Source of the DNA: Thermoproteota archaeon
Lineage (GTDB): Archaea; Thermoproteota; EX4484-205; JAAOZP01
Length of the DNA: 64,000 nt
Direction: 5' to 3'
NCBI GenBank assembly: GCA_038850115.1
Contig: JAWCMB010000002.1
Coordinates: forward strand, 4,385 to 68,384
Shown: piece after piece, positions 26,254 to 36,405 of the stretch
How positions within the stretch are numbered: position 1 is the first letter of the stretch
How the letters are laid out: each line of letters begins with the position of its first letter
Notes under the pieces: model-generated
Databases searched by the model: none
What the model was told of the DNA's origin: nothing
The model's input: only the letters and a program-made list of their open reading frames with translations
Program-made: the position numbers and the translations under genes

Positions 26254-28152
26254 ATGGGGTTTCTGGAGGAGGCTGAAAGAATAAGGTTTCACGTGGACCA
26301 GGCGCTGGAGAGACTCGGTTTTACTGTTAGGGCGAGGGTTGAGGAGCCGCCCATCCCTGAGCTCGGCGACCTTGCAACCCCCGTGGCCTTCGACTTGGCT
26401 AGGAAACACGGTTTAAACCCTGTGGAGGCAGCTGACAGGATTATAGCAGCCATAGACGCGAGCAAGATAGAGGTTTTGAAGCATGTTGAAAACGTGAACG
26501 GCTTCATCAACTTCCGCTTCGACCCAGTGAAATACTCCGTCAAAGTTTTGAACGAGGCTCTCTCTAAACGCGGTGATTACGGAAAGTTTCCCGTCGCCAG
26601 TAGGAAAACACTCATAGAGCATACTAATTCTAACCCGAATAAGGCTCTGCATGTTGGAACCCTTAGGAACGCTGTCATCGGAGACGTTTTGGCAAGGCTC
26701 CTAAGGTTCCTGGGCCACGAGGTAACCGTTGTAAACTATATTGACGACAGCGGCTCCCAGGTTGCAGATAATGTTCTTGCCCACTACTTTATGAAGACGC
26801 CTCTGGAGCCTCCGGAGGGCATAAGGTTCGACGAGTACAGTAGCAAGGTTTACGCCGAGTACAGTGAGAAGATTGAGAAGGATGAGGAGCTTAGGAGGCT
26901 GAGGAGCGAGATAATAAGAAGGATTGAGGAGGGTGGGAACGAGGTGGCTGATTTCGCCAGGTTTTTCTCGGAGAAGGTTGTAGAATGCCAGCTTGAAACA
27001 GCCTGGGGCTTCAGAATATTTTACGACTTGCTAAACTGGGAGACTGACGTGTTGAGGTCAGGGATATTCGAGTGGGCTGTGAACGAGTTGAGAAGCAGTG
27101 GCGAAGCCTACTTGGAGGAGGAGGGTGAAAACAAGGGGTGTCTAATGATCAGGCTTAGGGATGTTGAGGAGTTCAGCAGGCTTAAGGCGCCTGACGAGGT
27201 TCTAGTCAGGTCAGATGGCACAGCCACCTACGTTGGCAAGGATATTGCTTACGCAGCGTGGAAGCTTGGTTTAACGCCGAGAAGATTCAGAGTGAAGAAA
27301 TGGGTTGACCAGCCGAACGGGAGGACTCTGTTAACGACGCACTGGGACGGGGAGGAATATGATTACCGCGGGGCAGACTTGGCAATAACGGTTGTTGACA
27401 AGAGGCAGGAGTACCCGCAGAAAGTTGTTGAGCATGCTCTGAGAAAGCTCGGAGCGCCGCCTGAGAAAAAGTACCTCCCGTATCTCTACGAGGTTGTCGC
27501 CCTCTCCGGTGAGACAGCCAGCGAGCTGACGGGGGTCAAGGAGCTGAGGGAAAGAAGGATGGTTCACATGTCCGGTAGGAAAGGAATAGTTTTCAACGCT
27601 AACGACCTTTTTAAGACAGTGTTTCAGAAGGTTTACGAGGAAACCCTGAGGAGAAACCCGTCTAAGGATGAGGAATGGGTTAGGAGTGTGAGCACGCATC
27701 TGAGCGTCGCATCCATAAGATACTCGCTCTTCAAGACTGATAAAAACAACATAATAGTTTTCGACGTTAAGGACGCCACGAGGCTGGAGGGCGACACCGC
27801 CCCGTATCTCCAATACACCTATGCCCGAGCATGCAGAATACTTGAGAAAGCAGGCGTCGACGTGAACAGCTTGACCGAAGCCTCCTTCAACACTCCTGAG
27901 GAACTGAGCTTGGTCAGGCAGATAGGCAAATTCTCATGGGTTTTAAACATGGCTAGTGAAACACTGGCGCTGAACATTATTGCAGTATACATGAGGCATC
28001 TTGCAGACATTTTCAACAGTTTCTACGAGAAGTGCCCCGTGATAACGGGGGAGGGCATTAGAATGGACAGGCTGGCGCTTGTCAAAGCCTTCGTGATAAC
28101 CATGGGCAACGCTTTTGAAATAACGGGTATTGAGAGGCTGAATGAAGTTTAA
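26254..28152 (+). CDS. argS: Arginyl-tRNA synthetase
   Basis: 632 aa. HTNSNPNKALHVGTLRNAVIGDVLARLLRFLGHEV.VVNYIDD.G.Q (HIGH region) and a DALR-type C-terminal domain. Confidence 0.9.
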   Translation: MGFLEEAERIRFHVDQALERLGFTVRARVEEPPIPELGDLATPVAFDLARKHGLNPVEAADRIIAAIDASKIEVLKHVENVNGFINFRFDPVKYSVKVLNEALSKRGDYGKFPVASRKTLIEHTNSNPNKALHVGTLRNAVIGDVLARLLRFLGHEVTVVNYIDDSGSQVADNVLAHYFMKTPLEPPEGIRFDEYSSKVYAEYSEKIEKDEELRRLRSEIIRRIEEGGNEVADFARFFSEKVVECQLETAWGFRIFYDLLNWETDVLRSGIFEWAVNELRSSGEAYLEEEGENKGCLMIRLRDVEEFSRLKAPDEVLVRSDGTATYVGKDIAYAAWKLGLTPRRFRVKKWVDQPNGRTLLTTHWDGEEYDYRGADLAITVVDKRQEYPQKVVEHALRKLGAPPEKKYLPYLYEVVALSGETASELTGVKELRERRMVHMSGRKGIVFNANDLFKTVFQKVYEETLRRNPSKDEEWVRSVSTHLSVASIRYSLFKTDKNNIIVFDVKDATRLEGDTAPYLQYTYARACRILEKAGVDVNSLTEASFNTPEELSLVRQIGKFSWVLNMASETLALNIIAVYMRHLADIFNSFYEKCPVITGEGIRMDRLALVKAFVITMGNAFEITGIERLNEV

Positions 28153-28177
28153 ATAAGCCCGGCGTCGAAACTTTAAA

Positions 28178-28271
28178 GGGCCCGTGGCCAAGCCAGGATA
28201 AAGGCGTCGAGAGGCTTACTCGCGCAGGCCTGCGGAGCCGGAGAACCTGGGTTCAAATCCCAGCGGGCCCG
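28178..28271 (+). tRNA. tRNA-Arg(GCG) with 18-nt non-canonical intron (28210-28227, position 29/30)
   Basis: Acceptor GGGCCCG/CGGGCCC. The 3' half CTGCGGA-GCCGG-AGAAC-CTGGG-TTCAAAT-CCCAG is canonical. Removing AGAGGCTTACTCGCGCAG restores anticodon stem TCGGC/GCCGG. BHB core: central GCGT/GCGC, bulges CG|A and AG|G, inner GAG/CTC. TATA GTTTAAATAAG lies 20-30 nt upstream and a T-run follows. Confidence 0.75.
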
Positions 28272-28351
28272 TTTTAACTCTGGCAGATAAAAATATGCAG
28301 CCGGCGGGAGCAGATGCTGATGGAACAGTAGTGTTAATGCTTATTGAAAAA

Positions 28352-29122
28352 TTATTTTCTTCTCAGAAGAACCATGTTAATGTTGCTCGGTTTCTCAGCC
28401 TTCTCAAGAGGCCTGTCTAGGAACCATCTGCTTTCAGACCCCTCCCACCAGCCTAAGAACTCGAATTTCCCGTTCAGCCTTATAAGCATCTTGAATTCCT
28501 GTGGGAAAACGAACTTCAAATCCTCCTCATCCTCTAGCTTTAACATTCTTCCATGGTCATTAACTTCGAGAGTAATCTTTTCCGTATAAGTCTGGTTGAG
28601 CAGGTTTTTCCAACGAGTATTATAGGTTGTTTTAATGGTTATTCCATCTCTTTCCATCGTCCAGCTCTGCTCCGCGTTCTGCGTCCAGTCTACAGCCATA
28701 TTCTGAATGAAATATAGACCGCCTTTTTTCAGCGAATACGCTACTGAATCTAAATGACTTAGAAGCTCGTCGTTCGAGCCAGCGTTGAATGAACCCATCA
28801 TTATGAAGGCGAAATCCACTTTCCTCTTCAGCCTGAAACTATACATGTCTGCCCGCAATGTCTCTATTTTTAAACCCTCCTCCTCAGCCTTCCGCCGTAA
28901 ATAGGCCAGCATCTCTGGGCTTGAATCCAGTCCAACAGCTTCATAGCCTCTTTTCACGATCTCGCGCAGCTGCAGGCTCGGTCCGCAAGCTATGTCTAGG
29001 AAACGTTCAACGTTGATTTTACTAAACTTGCGAATTATTTCCTCAAAGCAGTCAACCTGCTCCTTCACGTTGAAAAAGCTGAATGCAATCTCATAGTAGA
29101 GTGGATTTTTGTAAACATCCAT
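28352..29122 (-). CDS. Class I SAM-dependent methyltransferase
   Basis: 256 aa. Motif I FLDIACGPS with downstream GLDSSPEML and F.FIMMGSFN. Confidence 0.65.
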   Translation of the reverse strand: MDVYKNPLYYEIAFSFFNVKEQVDCFEEIIRKFSKINVERFLDIACGPSLQLREIVKRGYEAVGLDSSPEMLAYLRRKAEEEGLKIETLRADMYSFRLKRKVDFAFIMMGSFNAGSNDELLSHLDSVAYSLKKGGLYFIQNMAVDWTQNAEQSWTMERDGITIKTTYNTRWKNLLNQTYTEKITLEVNDHGRMLKLEDEEDLKFVFPQEFKMLIRLNGKFEFLGWWEGSESRWFLDRPLEKAEKPSNINMVLLRRK

Positions 29123-29296
29123 GCCTCTAAGATTGCTTAATCTTCAAAATAAACTTAGCGTCTAACATTCGACGATGCTTATAGGCTGTAGATTAAGCAC
29201 GCTATTCTTTGCAAGAACCATAGAACATGCAGGGAATACTGTTTGCTTGCCTCGGAAAACGAAAACTTTTATTACAGTCAAGGCTAACTGTCTCTA

Positions 29297-29630
29297 ATGG
29301 ATTTAAGTATTGTAGATGCAGACAAGAGTGATGCTGAAAAACTTATCCAAATCTACAGTTCGCCAGGCCTTTACCACACGATGCAAGAGGCATCTTGGTT
29401 CGTCAAGTGCTACTTTGATTATCATCATATTAAGGTGGCTAAACTGAAGGATGAAATTATTGCATGCTGTTCTGGAGGGTTAACGAGGAGAAGCACCATG
29501 GAATAGTTGTCATAGAGGACTTTTGGGTTGACGAAAAACACAGGAGAAAAGGGATTTGAGAGAAACTGTTAAGAACTGCTATAGAAGACGCTAAAAAGCT
29601 TTTTGAAAGCAGTGGTTATATTTTAAGGAA
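29297..29630 (+). pseudogene. GNAT N-acetyltransferase pseudogene (frameshift + in-frame stop)
   Basis: Frame 1 MDLSIVDADKSDAEKLIQIY...KLKDEII switches near 29455-29465 to a second frame, ..MLFWRVNEEKHHGIVVIEDFWVDEKHRRKGI*EKLLRTAIEDAKKLF. A TGA at about 29547 sits where the GNAT motif-A Gly is expected. Confidence 0.5.
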
Positions 29631-29635
29631 AGGTT

Positions 29636-30226
29636 TTGGAGCAGGCGGGTGTCACCAAGGTTGCTGAGGAGGCTGGAGCCGAGGTTAGAGTATTCGGAAA
29701 AGACGGCTGGCAAGCAGTGTTCGACCGCGATGGGTGGCGGCGTGTCGAAGTCAAGGGCGGGCGATACTTGCGAAAAGTCTCGCTAGCTAGGGAAGCACTG
29801 GAAATAGAGAAGATTGTTTACGCTCCGCTCATTAAAACTCATCACGCTGCAGACTTCACAGGATCCATTAAGCTCGCGATGGGGTTCGTCAAACCGTTTT
29901 TTGACCAGATAACGTTTCACATGAAGCACCTCCAAGAGAAGCTTGCGGAACTAAGCCTGGTAGTAAAACCCGATTTGATAATTATGGATGCGAGAAACGT
30001 CTTCATCACTGGGGGGCCGGCTAAAGGCACTTTACGTGAACCAAACCTTATTCTGGCTTCAGGTAATCAGGTGGCAATAGATGTGGAGGGTGTGAAGATA
30101 TTGCAAAGCTACTCTAGCAACAGCTTGGAAGGTAGAAACGTTTGGAGCCTTAGGCAGATTAAACACTCCGTAGAGCTCGGGCTTGGACCATGCAACGATA
30201 ATGAATATGAAGTAGTAACATCCTAA
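29636..30226 (+). pseudogene. DUF362-family remnant lacking the N-terminal third (possible pseudogene or truncated gene)
   Basis: The 196-aa ORF aligns by eye only to the C-terminal two-thirds of DUF362 (PLIKTHHAADFTGSIKLAMG...DLIIMDAR..FITGGP..G...). It directly abuts the GNAT remnant with no promoter-like gap. Confidence 0.45.
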
Positions 30227-30304
30227 CGCCTATGGCCGCCATACTAAAAATTCTGCAAGGGAGGAAGCCTTATATTTTCTCACTGGGTTTTTAAGCGTTA
30301 AGCG

Positions 30305-30787
30305 GTGTTGGTAAAGATCTACGAGTGTAAACCTGAGGATGTAGACGAACCGTTGAAGCAGTTATGGTTAAGTCTGGCTCGTGAAATGTTCGAGATTGAG
30401 CGTTTCATACTGCCTTCAGAGGAGAACGCTGATAAATGGATTAGTTTTACTCGCGATACCTTAGTAAGAGGGAAAGGCTTCCTTTTCGTGGCGAAGATCG
30501 ACAATAAGCCTATAGGGTTTTGCACCAGCTCTATTTTCGAGATCCCCCTCGAAGTTTCAAAGCTCATGGGCAGTATAAATGATCTTTACGTTCTACCGGA
30601 GTTTCGTAGAAGAGGTGTTGGCAGGAAACTAATGGTTGAAAGCTTGAGGAAGTTGAAGGCTAAAGGTGTGGAAGCTGTTAGGCTAAGCGTGTTGAAAGAA
30701 AATAGGGTGGCAATTAGACTCTACGAGAAGCTCGGCTTCAAGATTTATCAATACGGGATGGAGAAGACTTTTAAAAAGCAGATTTAA
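30305..30787 (+). CDS. GNAT-family N-acetyltransferase
   Basis: 160 aa. DLYVLPEFRRRGVGRKLMVESL..LK.KGVE.V.L.V...N..A..LYEKLGF. Confidence 0.75.
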   Translation: MLVKIYECKPEDVDEPLKQLWLSLAREMFEIERFILPSEENADKWISFTRDTLVRGKGFLFVAKIDNKPIGFCTSSIFEIPLEVSKLMGSINDLYVLPEFRRRGVGRKLMVESLRKLKAKGVEAVRLSVLKENRVAIRLYEKLGFKIYQYGMEKTFKKQI

Positions 30788-30817
30788 TTTTTGCGTCTAT
30801 TTAAATTACTGGGAGAC

Positions 30818-31543
<726 letters not shown>

Positions 31544-31552
31544 TTAACCCTT

Positions 31553-33331
31553 CTAATAATAGTACTTGCCCTGGGCCCTCTGCGTCCTGTCAGTCTTAGA
31601 ATCCTTCTTGTTTATCCTTGGACGAAGGTTTTCAGGCTCCCTTCTAAGGGTTATGTCAAGATACTTCAGAAGACTGTTCATGCCTTCAGCAACGCTTAAG
31701 GGTTTTGAGGCGTGCCCCTGAACACCCGGCTCCCCGCCGATGAAGACAAGCCTATCCGACAGGAAGTCTAGGGCGGCAATGTCGTGTTCAACCACGAAGG
31801 CTGAAGCCTTTTTAGTCATGACGGTGTGGCGTACTGCGCGTAACACGACGAGCCTCTGCTCAACATCCAAGTACGCGCACGGCTCATCCAGAAAGTATAT
31901 TGGAGAATCCTTCAAAAGAGCTATTGCTATCGCGAGCGCTTGAAGCTCCCCGCCGCTAAGGGTCTCCGCAAGCCTGTCTAAAAGCCTATCCAGCTTAAGG
32001 GGTTTTATCAGCTCGCTTTCAAAAACCTCAGGTATCTCGCCACCATAAGCCTCCTTCAAGAGATCGCCCACAGCCCCGTTAAACAGGCCGGAGACATACT
32101 GCGGCTTGTAGCCTATAATCCTAACCAGGGCCTCATCCGTTAAAGATTCTTCTCCAGAAAAGTATTTCAAAAGCTCTTTAAGCATCGTTGTCTTACCTAT
32201 CCCATTTGGGCCGGCTATGCCTACGACCTCCCCGACGCCTATGAAGCCTTTTTCAGCCTGAAGCCGGAACCCTCCTAGAGAAACATCTATGGAGGGCCAT
32301 TCGAACATTTTCACGACCGGAGACTCCTCCGCTGGGCTGTGAGGATGGAACCTTATCCTGTCTTTTCTGAAACGAATGTTCTCCTGCCTTATGTAGCCGT
32401 CCAAGTAAGAGTTTATCCCAACGCGTGCCGAAAGAACCTGTGAAACGATACCGTAAACCGTAGGCTTACCGTAGATTATGACCAGATAGTCTGCAAGATA
32501 GTCCAGCAGAGTAAGGTCGTGCTCGACGACCACAACTATCTTACCTTCCTCCTTCAGAGAAGTTATCAGCTCAGCCACTTTGAGACGCTGCTTCACATCC
32601 AGGAAGCTGGAGGGCTCGTCGAACAAGTATACGTCAGTCTTCCTCATGAAGGCTGCTGCAACAGCCAGCCTCTGCAGCTCCCCGCCGCTTAAAGTGCTCA
32701 CCCTGTTCTCCAGAACACTGCCGAGGCTGAGCTTCTCCACAACCTCTTTCAAAACCCCCTTTTCATCTATTTTCTCAAGCGTTTCTCTAACGCTTTTATC
32801 GCCGATGAGCCTCGGAATATCGTCCAAGTATTGCGGCTTATAGATGCACCTCGCCTTACCCTTGAAAATCTCTTCAACAAGGTTGAAAGAAACGTTCCCC
32901 CTTAAGAAGGACAGGACTTCGTCGACACTCACATCATCCCCAACCCTGCCCAGATTAGGCTTAATAAGACCACCTATTATTTTAAGTATTGTCGACTTGC
33001 CTATTCCGTTTTCTCCAAGTATCCCTGTGACCGCGCCTCTTGAAAGCACCGGAAAGCCGTAGAGCTTGAAAGCGTTAACACCATACCTGTGGAAAACCTT
33101 CTTTTCAAGCTCGTCCGGAAGGTTCACAACGGATATAGCGTTGAAGGGACACTTCTTCACGCATATGCAGCAACCACTGCACAAGTATTCGTTGACCACC
33201 GGAGGATTCTCGCCGCCGACGAAATATATTGCCTCCTGGCCTATCCTAACTATGGGACAGTATTTCCTGCAGGGTTTTCCACACTTCGTGGGTTTGCAGG
33301 AGTCCCTGTCAACTACAGCTATTCTAACCAA
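31553..33331 (-). CDS. ABCE1/RNase L inhibitor (ribosome recycling ATPase, FeS + twin ABC)
   Basis: 592 aa. (TTG)VRIAVVDRDSCKPTKCGKPCRKYCP...CSGCCICVKKCPFNAI followed by two ABC cassettes. Confidence 0.9.
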   Translation of the reverse strand: MVRIAVVDRDSCKPTKCGKPCRKYCPIVRIGQEAIYFVGGENPPVVNEYLCSGCCICVKKCPFNAISVVNLPDELEKKVFHRYGVNAFKLYGFPVLSRGAVTGILGENGIGKSTILKIIGGLIKPNLGRVGDDVSVDEVLSFLRGNVSFNLVEEIFKGKARCIYKPQYLDDIPRLIGDKSVRETLEKIDEKGVLKEVVEKLSLGSVLENRVSTLSGGELQRLAVAAAFMRKTDVYLFDEPSSFLDVKQRLKVAELITSLKEEGKIVVVVEHDLTLLDYLADYLVIIYGKPTVYGIVSQVLSARVGINSYLDGYIRQENIRFRKDRIRFHPHSPAEESPVVKMFEWPSIDVSLGGFRLQAEKGFIGVGEVVGIAGPNGIGKTTMLKELLKYFSGEESLTDEALVRIIGYKPQYVSGLFNGAVGDLLKEAYGGEIPEVFESELIKPLKLDRLLDRLAETLSGGELQALAIAIALLKDSPIYFLDEPCAYLDVEQRLVVLRAVRHTVMTKKASAFVVEHDIAALDFLSDRLVFIGGEPGVQGHASKPLSVAEGMNSLLKYLDITLRREPENLRPRINKKDSKTDRTQRAQGKYYY

Positions 33332-33387
33332 TTCATGCCAACCCGAAAAACCTTTTAAAAACTATCTGAGAAAAACTTTTCGCGTGT

Positions 33388-33501
33388 TTACCATTCTTCC
33401 TCTAGGTCTTCCTCTTCCCAGTCTTCCTCCCAGTCTTCTTCCTCTTCCTCCCACTCCTCTTCCTCTTCTTCCTCCTCTTCATCGTCAAAATCTTCACTCA
33501 T
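33388..33501 (-). CDS. Candidate 37-aa hyper-acidic Trp-periodic mini-protein
   Basis: ATG ORF MSEDFDDEEEEEEEEEWEEEEEDWEEDWEEEDLEEEW, hand translated. TATA TTTTTATA lies about 29 nt upstream of the ATG. Same strand as ABCE1 and 56 nt upstream of it. Confidence 0.3.
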   Translation of the reverse strand: MSEDFDDEEEEEEEEEWEEEEEDWEEDWEEEDLEEEW

Positions 33502-33577
33502 CTTAGGTCGGATGGAACTTTGAAAAGCAGTATAAAAACATATCCCTGGTTAAAAACGTCTGGATACGCTTGCCAAC

Positions 33578-34303
33578 TTATATTTCTCCAGCAGTCAGTG
33601 TGACTGTTGTCCTCTCCTCAATCCTCTCTATGACGCCGTCTCTAAGCCAAGCCAGCCTGTCAGAAACATCCACCATTTTAAGGTCGTGGGTGGCACATAT
33701 TACTGTAGTATCTCTCTCCACTTTAAGCCTGTAGAGCAGCTGGACTATTGAAAGCCCTGTGGAGAGGTCGAGGTTACCCGTCGGCTCGTCCGCAAGTATT
33801 ATAGAAGGGTTGTTCGCCAATGCTCTCGCTATCGCAACCCTCTGCTGCTGACCCCCGGAAAGCTCCTGCGGCCTATGCGTAAGCCTGTCCCCTAAGCCGA
33901 CTGTGCTCAGCAGCTCCGCCGCTTTCCTGCGTCTTTCCTCTTTATTTATGCCCAGGAAAACCATTGGCAGGGCGACGTTATCCTGGGCGGAGAGCACGGG
34001 TATCAGGTTGAACGTTTGGAATATGTATCCTATTTTTCTGCTTCTAACCCATGCGAGCTGGCGGTCGCTCATCTGCGCCAAGTTTATCCTGTCTATGGAA
34101 ACGCTTCCACTCGTAGGCTTGTCTAAGCCACCGATCATGTTGAACAGCGTCGTCTTCCCGCTTCCAGAGGGACCCATTACGACTACGTACTCCCCCCTCC
34201 TTACCTGCAGGTCAATACCTTTTAAAGCCTTCACAACCCCGCTCCTTAAAGCATAATCCTTAGTGACTCCTTTAACGTCTACTACTATTTCCGGTCCCTC
34301 CAA
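33578..34303 (-). CDS. ABC transporter ATP-binding protein (MacB/LolD/FtsE-like)
   Basis: 241 aa. Walker A GPSGSGKTT, signature LSGGQQQRVAIARAL, Walker B ILADEPTGNLD. Confidence 0.8.
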   Translation of the reverse strand: MEGPEIVVDVKGVTKDYALRSGVVKALKGIDLQVRRGEYVVVMGPSGSGKTTLFNMIGGLDKPTSGSVSIDRINLAQMSDRQLAWVRSRKIGYIFQTFNLIPVLSAQDNVALPMVFLGINKEERRRKAAELLSTVGLGDRLTHRPQELSGGQQQRVAIARALANNPSIILADEPTGNLDLSTGLSIVQLLYRLKVERDTTVICATHDLKMVDVSDRLAWLRDGVIERIEERTTVTLTAGEI

Positions 34304-34491
34304 TGTCGTTTATTTCGCGTATAAACTAGTATTTTAATCTTTGCGAGCCGCCGGAACGTGAATAAAGAGTTGCTTAAACGAGAAGGCTCGCTAAAAAGTT
34401 TTTTAGACTGTTTAAGCAGTTTCCAGAATCCCTACTCAGACTCGCGCCTCAGCCTGTTCCCATGCTGAAGCAAGCATGGTCTCCAGTAATG

Positions 34492-35034
34492 CTAAACATA
34501 TGTCAGCGCTATCCTTTCTTTAACGAACTCGAACACGTCAGAATAGCTCAAAGCCCTGAAGCCAAAATCTTTGGAGAGCAGGCTGCTCCAGAAGGACGTG
34601 AACAATTGCCTATCTTCCTTAAAAGGTTTAACCACCAATCCTCTTTTTGAAAACTCTTCCTTCAAAGCGTTCACTGTCTCCTTCAACGTTAAAGCATCCC
34701 CTGAGATTATTAGTATGGCTGCTTGTCTCGAAACCGATGCCCCCACTGTCGACGATGCTTCCTGGAAGCTCCTCTTCCCGTAGAGCGCCACAAGAAGCTC
34801 CTGCTCGAAGCCTCTAAGCATATTGTAACCATGTTTAAAAGCTTGGTGAACGTTGTAGGCTAGGAAAGGTATTAATTCGCTCACCAAGCAGCTGGGGTTA
34901 AAAAACTGTATGAAAACAGTCCTATTCTTCTTAAACTCGGCCACTAGACTAACCCATTCCTCAGGCAGGCTATCGACCGATAGGAGCGTGAAGTACATGT
35001 CTAATGGATCTATCCTCCTGACAGGCTCCAACAT
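34492..35034 (-). CDS. KEOPS complex subunit Cgi121-like protein
   Basis: FFNPSCLVSELIPFLAYNVHQAFKHGYNMLRGFEQELLVALYGKRSFQEA resembles the Cgi121 pattern. Start moved to ATG 35034 (MLEPVRR) rather than the track start 35127. Confidence 0.5.
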   Translation of the reverse strand: MLEPVRRIDPLDMYFTLLSVDSLPEEWVSLVAEFKKNRTVFIQFFNPSCLVSELIPFLAYNVHQAFKHGYNMLRGFEQELLVALYGKRSFQEASSTVGASVSRQAAILIISGDALTLKETVNALKEEFSKRGLVVKPFKEDRQLFTSFWSSLLSKDFGFRALSYSDVFEFVKERIALTYV

Positions 35035-35097
35035 GGCTGATTGGCCATGGACTCGATAAAAACATTTATTTTCAGCCTTAAAGCGTTGAAGGCCGGA

Positions 35098-35691
35098 ATG
35101 GAGTTTGAAGTAATAAGCTGGGAGCATTTCTACCAGCTCACCCTAGAGCTTGTTGAGAAAGTTTTGAAGTCGGGATACGTGCCAGAGGCGATAATCGGGG
35201 TTTCTAGAGGAGGACTGGTCCCGCTCAGGATTTTCTCCGACGAGTTTGAAGAACCAGAAATAGGCATAATAAGAGTTGCTTTCTACGAGGATGTTAAGAA
35301 AACCGGAAGCGAGCCCAGGATAATACAGGATGTTAACGTTGATGTTTCTGGGAGGAGGGTTCTAGTGGTTGATGACGTCGCGGACACTGGGAGAAGCTTG
35401 GAGATGGTGCGCAGGCATCTTGAGAACAAGGGTGCTCGCGAGGTGAGGGTCGCAACCGTCTATTACAAGCCTTGGAGCACGCTGAAGCCCGATTACTACG
35501 TTAAGAAAACCGAGAAATGGATTATTTTCCCGCACGAGATCGGTGAAACCGTTAGAAGCCTAGCTAAAAAGAATCTTAAGGAAGGCGGTAAAACTCTCGA
35601 TGAATTTAGGAACATGCTGATAGATATTGGGCTGCCGCCTATGATCGTCGACAGCTACTTGAAGAGGCTAGGCCATTTTGAACAAGGTTGA
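35098..35691 (+). CDS. Purine phosphoribosyltransferase (Hpt/Gpt-like)
   Basis: PRPP-binding motif RVLVVDDVADTGRSL. Start set at ATG 35098 (MEFEVISWEHF); the track ORF starts at 35041. Confidence 0.7.
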   Translation: MEFEVISWEHFYQLTLELVEKVLKSGYVPEAIIGVSRGGLVPLRIFSDEFEEPEIGIIRVAFYEDVKKTGSEPRIIQDVNVDVSGRRVLVVDDVADTGRSLEMVRRHLENKGAREVRVATVYYKPWSTLKPDYYVKKTEKWIIFPHEIGETVRSLAKKNLKEGGKTLDEFRNMLIDIGLPPMIVDSYLKRLGHFEQG

Positions 35692-35813
35692 AAAATCAGA
35701 GAGGTGCATGATCTTCATAGAGGAATCTCTCAGAGCAGGTCAGTTCTCATCATTGGAAAACTAATGCTTCAAGAAGGTATTTAAACCTGAAAACCTGTCA
35801 GAATCAGATTGAG

Positions 35814-36197
35814 CTAGTTCTTGCTCAGGATCTGCTCAAAGATGGTTGACGAAAGAGTGTATAGGAAATCGCTGATCTCGACAGCCTCGTCTTCTGAAAG
35901 CTGTATCTTATCGACTTTCTCAAGAGCCTTATCGTATAGGTTTCTAAGCCTATACTCAATAGGGTTAGAAGCTTCTTCATTAACATTAATGTTCTCGTAC
36001 CTGCTTATGGGCGGGAAAAGCATTGTAATCATCATCCTGCTTGAAAGAATGGACATCCTCGCATACACGAGTTTTAACGGGGAGGAGGCCTTCTTAGACT
36101 CCTTAAGATAGGCTTCGGCTTCCCTCAGCGCCCTCTTAAGCCAGCCGTAGTCGAAAACCGATAGGAATAGTGGAAAATCATTCTTCTCCAGCCTCAA
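35814..36197 (-). CDS. Hypothetical 127-aa helical protein
   Basis: ATG ORF overlapping the rps17e 3' end by 20 nt. I recognised no family. Confidence 0.35.
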   Translation of the reverse strand: MRLEKNDFPLFLSVFDYGWLKRALREAEAYLKESKKASSPLKLVYARMSILSSRMMITMLFPPISRYENINVNEEASNPIEYRLRNLYDKALEKVDKIQLSEDEAVEISDFLYTLSSTIFEQILSKN

Positions 36198-36405
36198 TCA
36201 CCTCCTCCTTTAAATCTCTTCCAGCGGAGGATTTAACCGACGTAATATAACCGGCAACCCTGTTCAAAAGCTTCTTAGACCTGAAAACAGCAATCTTCTT
36301 TAAAACCTCCTTGTTCGCATAATAATCGTCGCTGAAACGATCACCGTATTTAAGCAGCAGCATCCTCGCAATCCCTTTAATCCTGCTGTCGTAGATCTTC
36401 CCCAA
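36178..36405 (-). CDS. rps17e: 30S ribosomal protein S17e
   Basis: (TTG)GKIYDSRIKGIARMLLLKYGDRFSDDYYANKEVLKKIAVFRSKKLLNRVAGYIT matches eS17. The real start is TTG 36403-36405, inside the longer track ORF. TATA TTTATTA lies about 25 nt upstream. Confidence 0.8.
   Translation of the reverse strand: MGKIYDSRIKGIARMLLLKYGDRFSDDYYANKEVLKKIAVFRSKKLLNRVAGYITSVKSSAGRDLKEEVIEAGEE

Noticed and set aside
33066-33506. 146-aa plus-strand ORF ending in a Leu/Pro-rich repeat.
   Set aside because: It is antisense to ABCE1 and to the (GAR)n acidic mini-ORF. The L/P repeat is simply the complement of the Glu codons.
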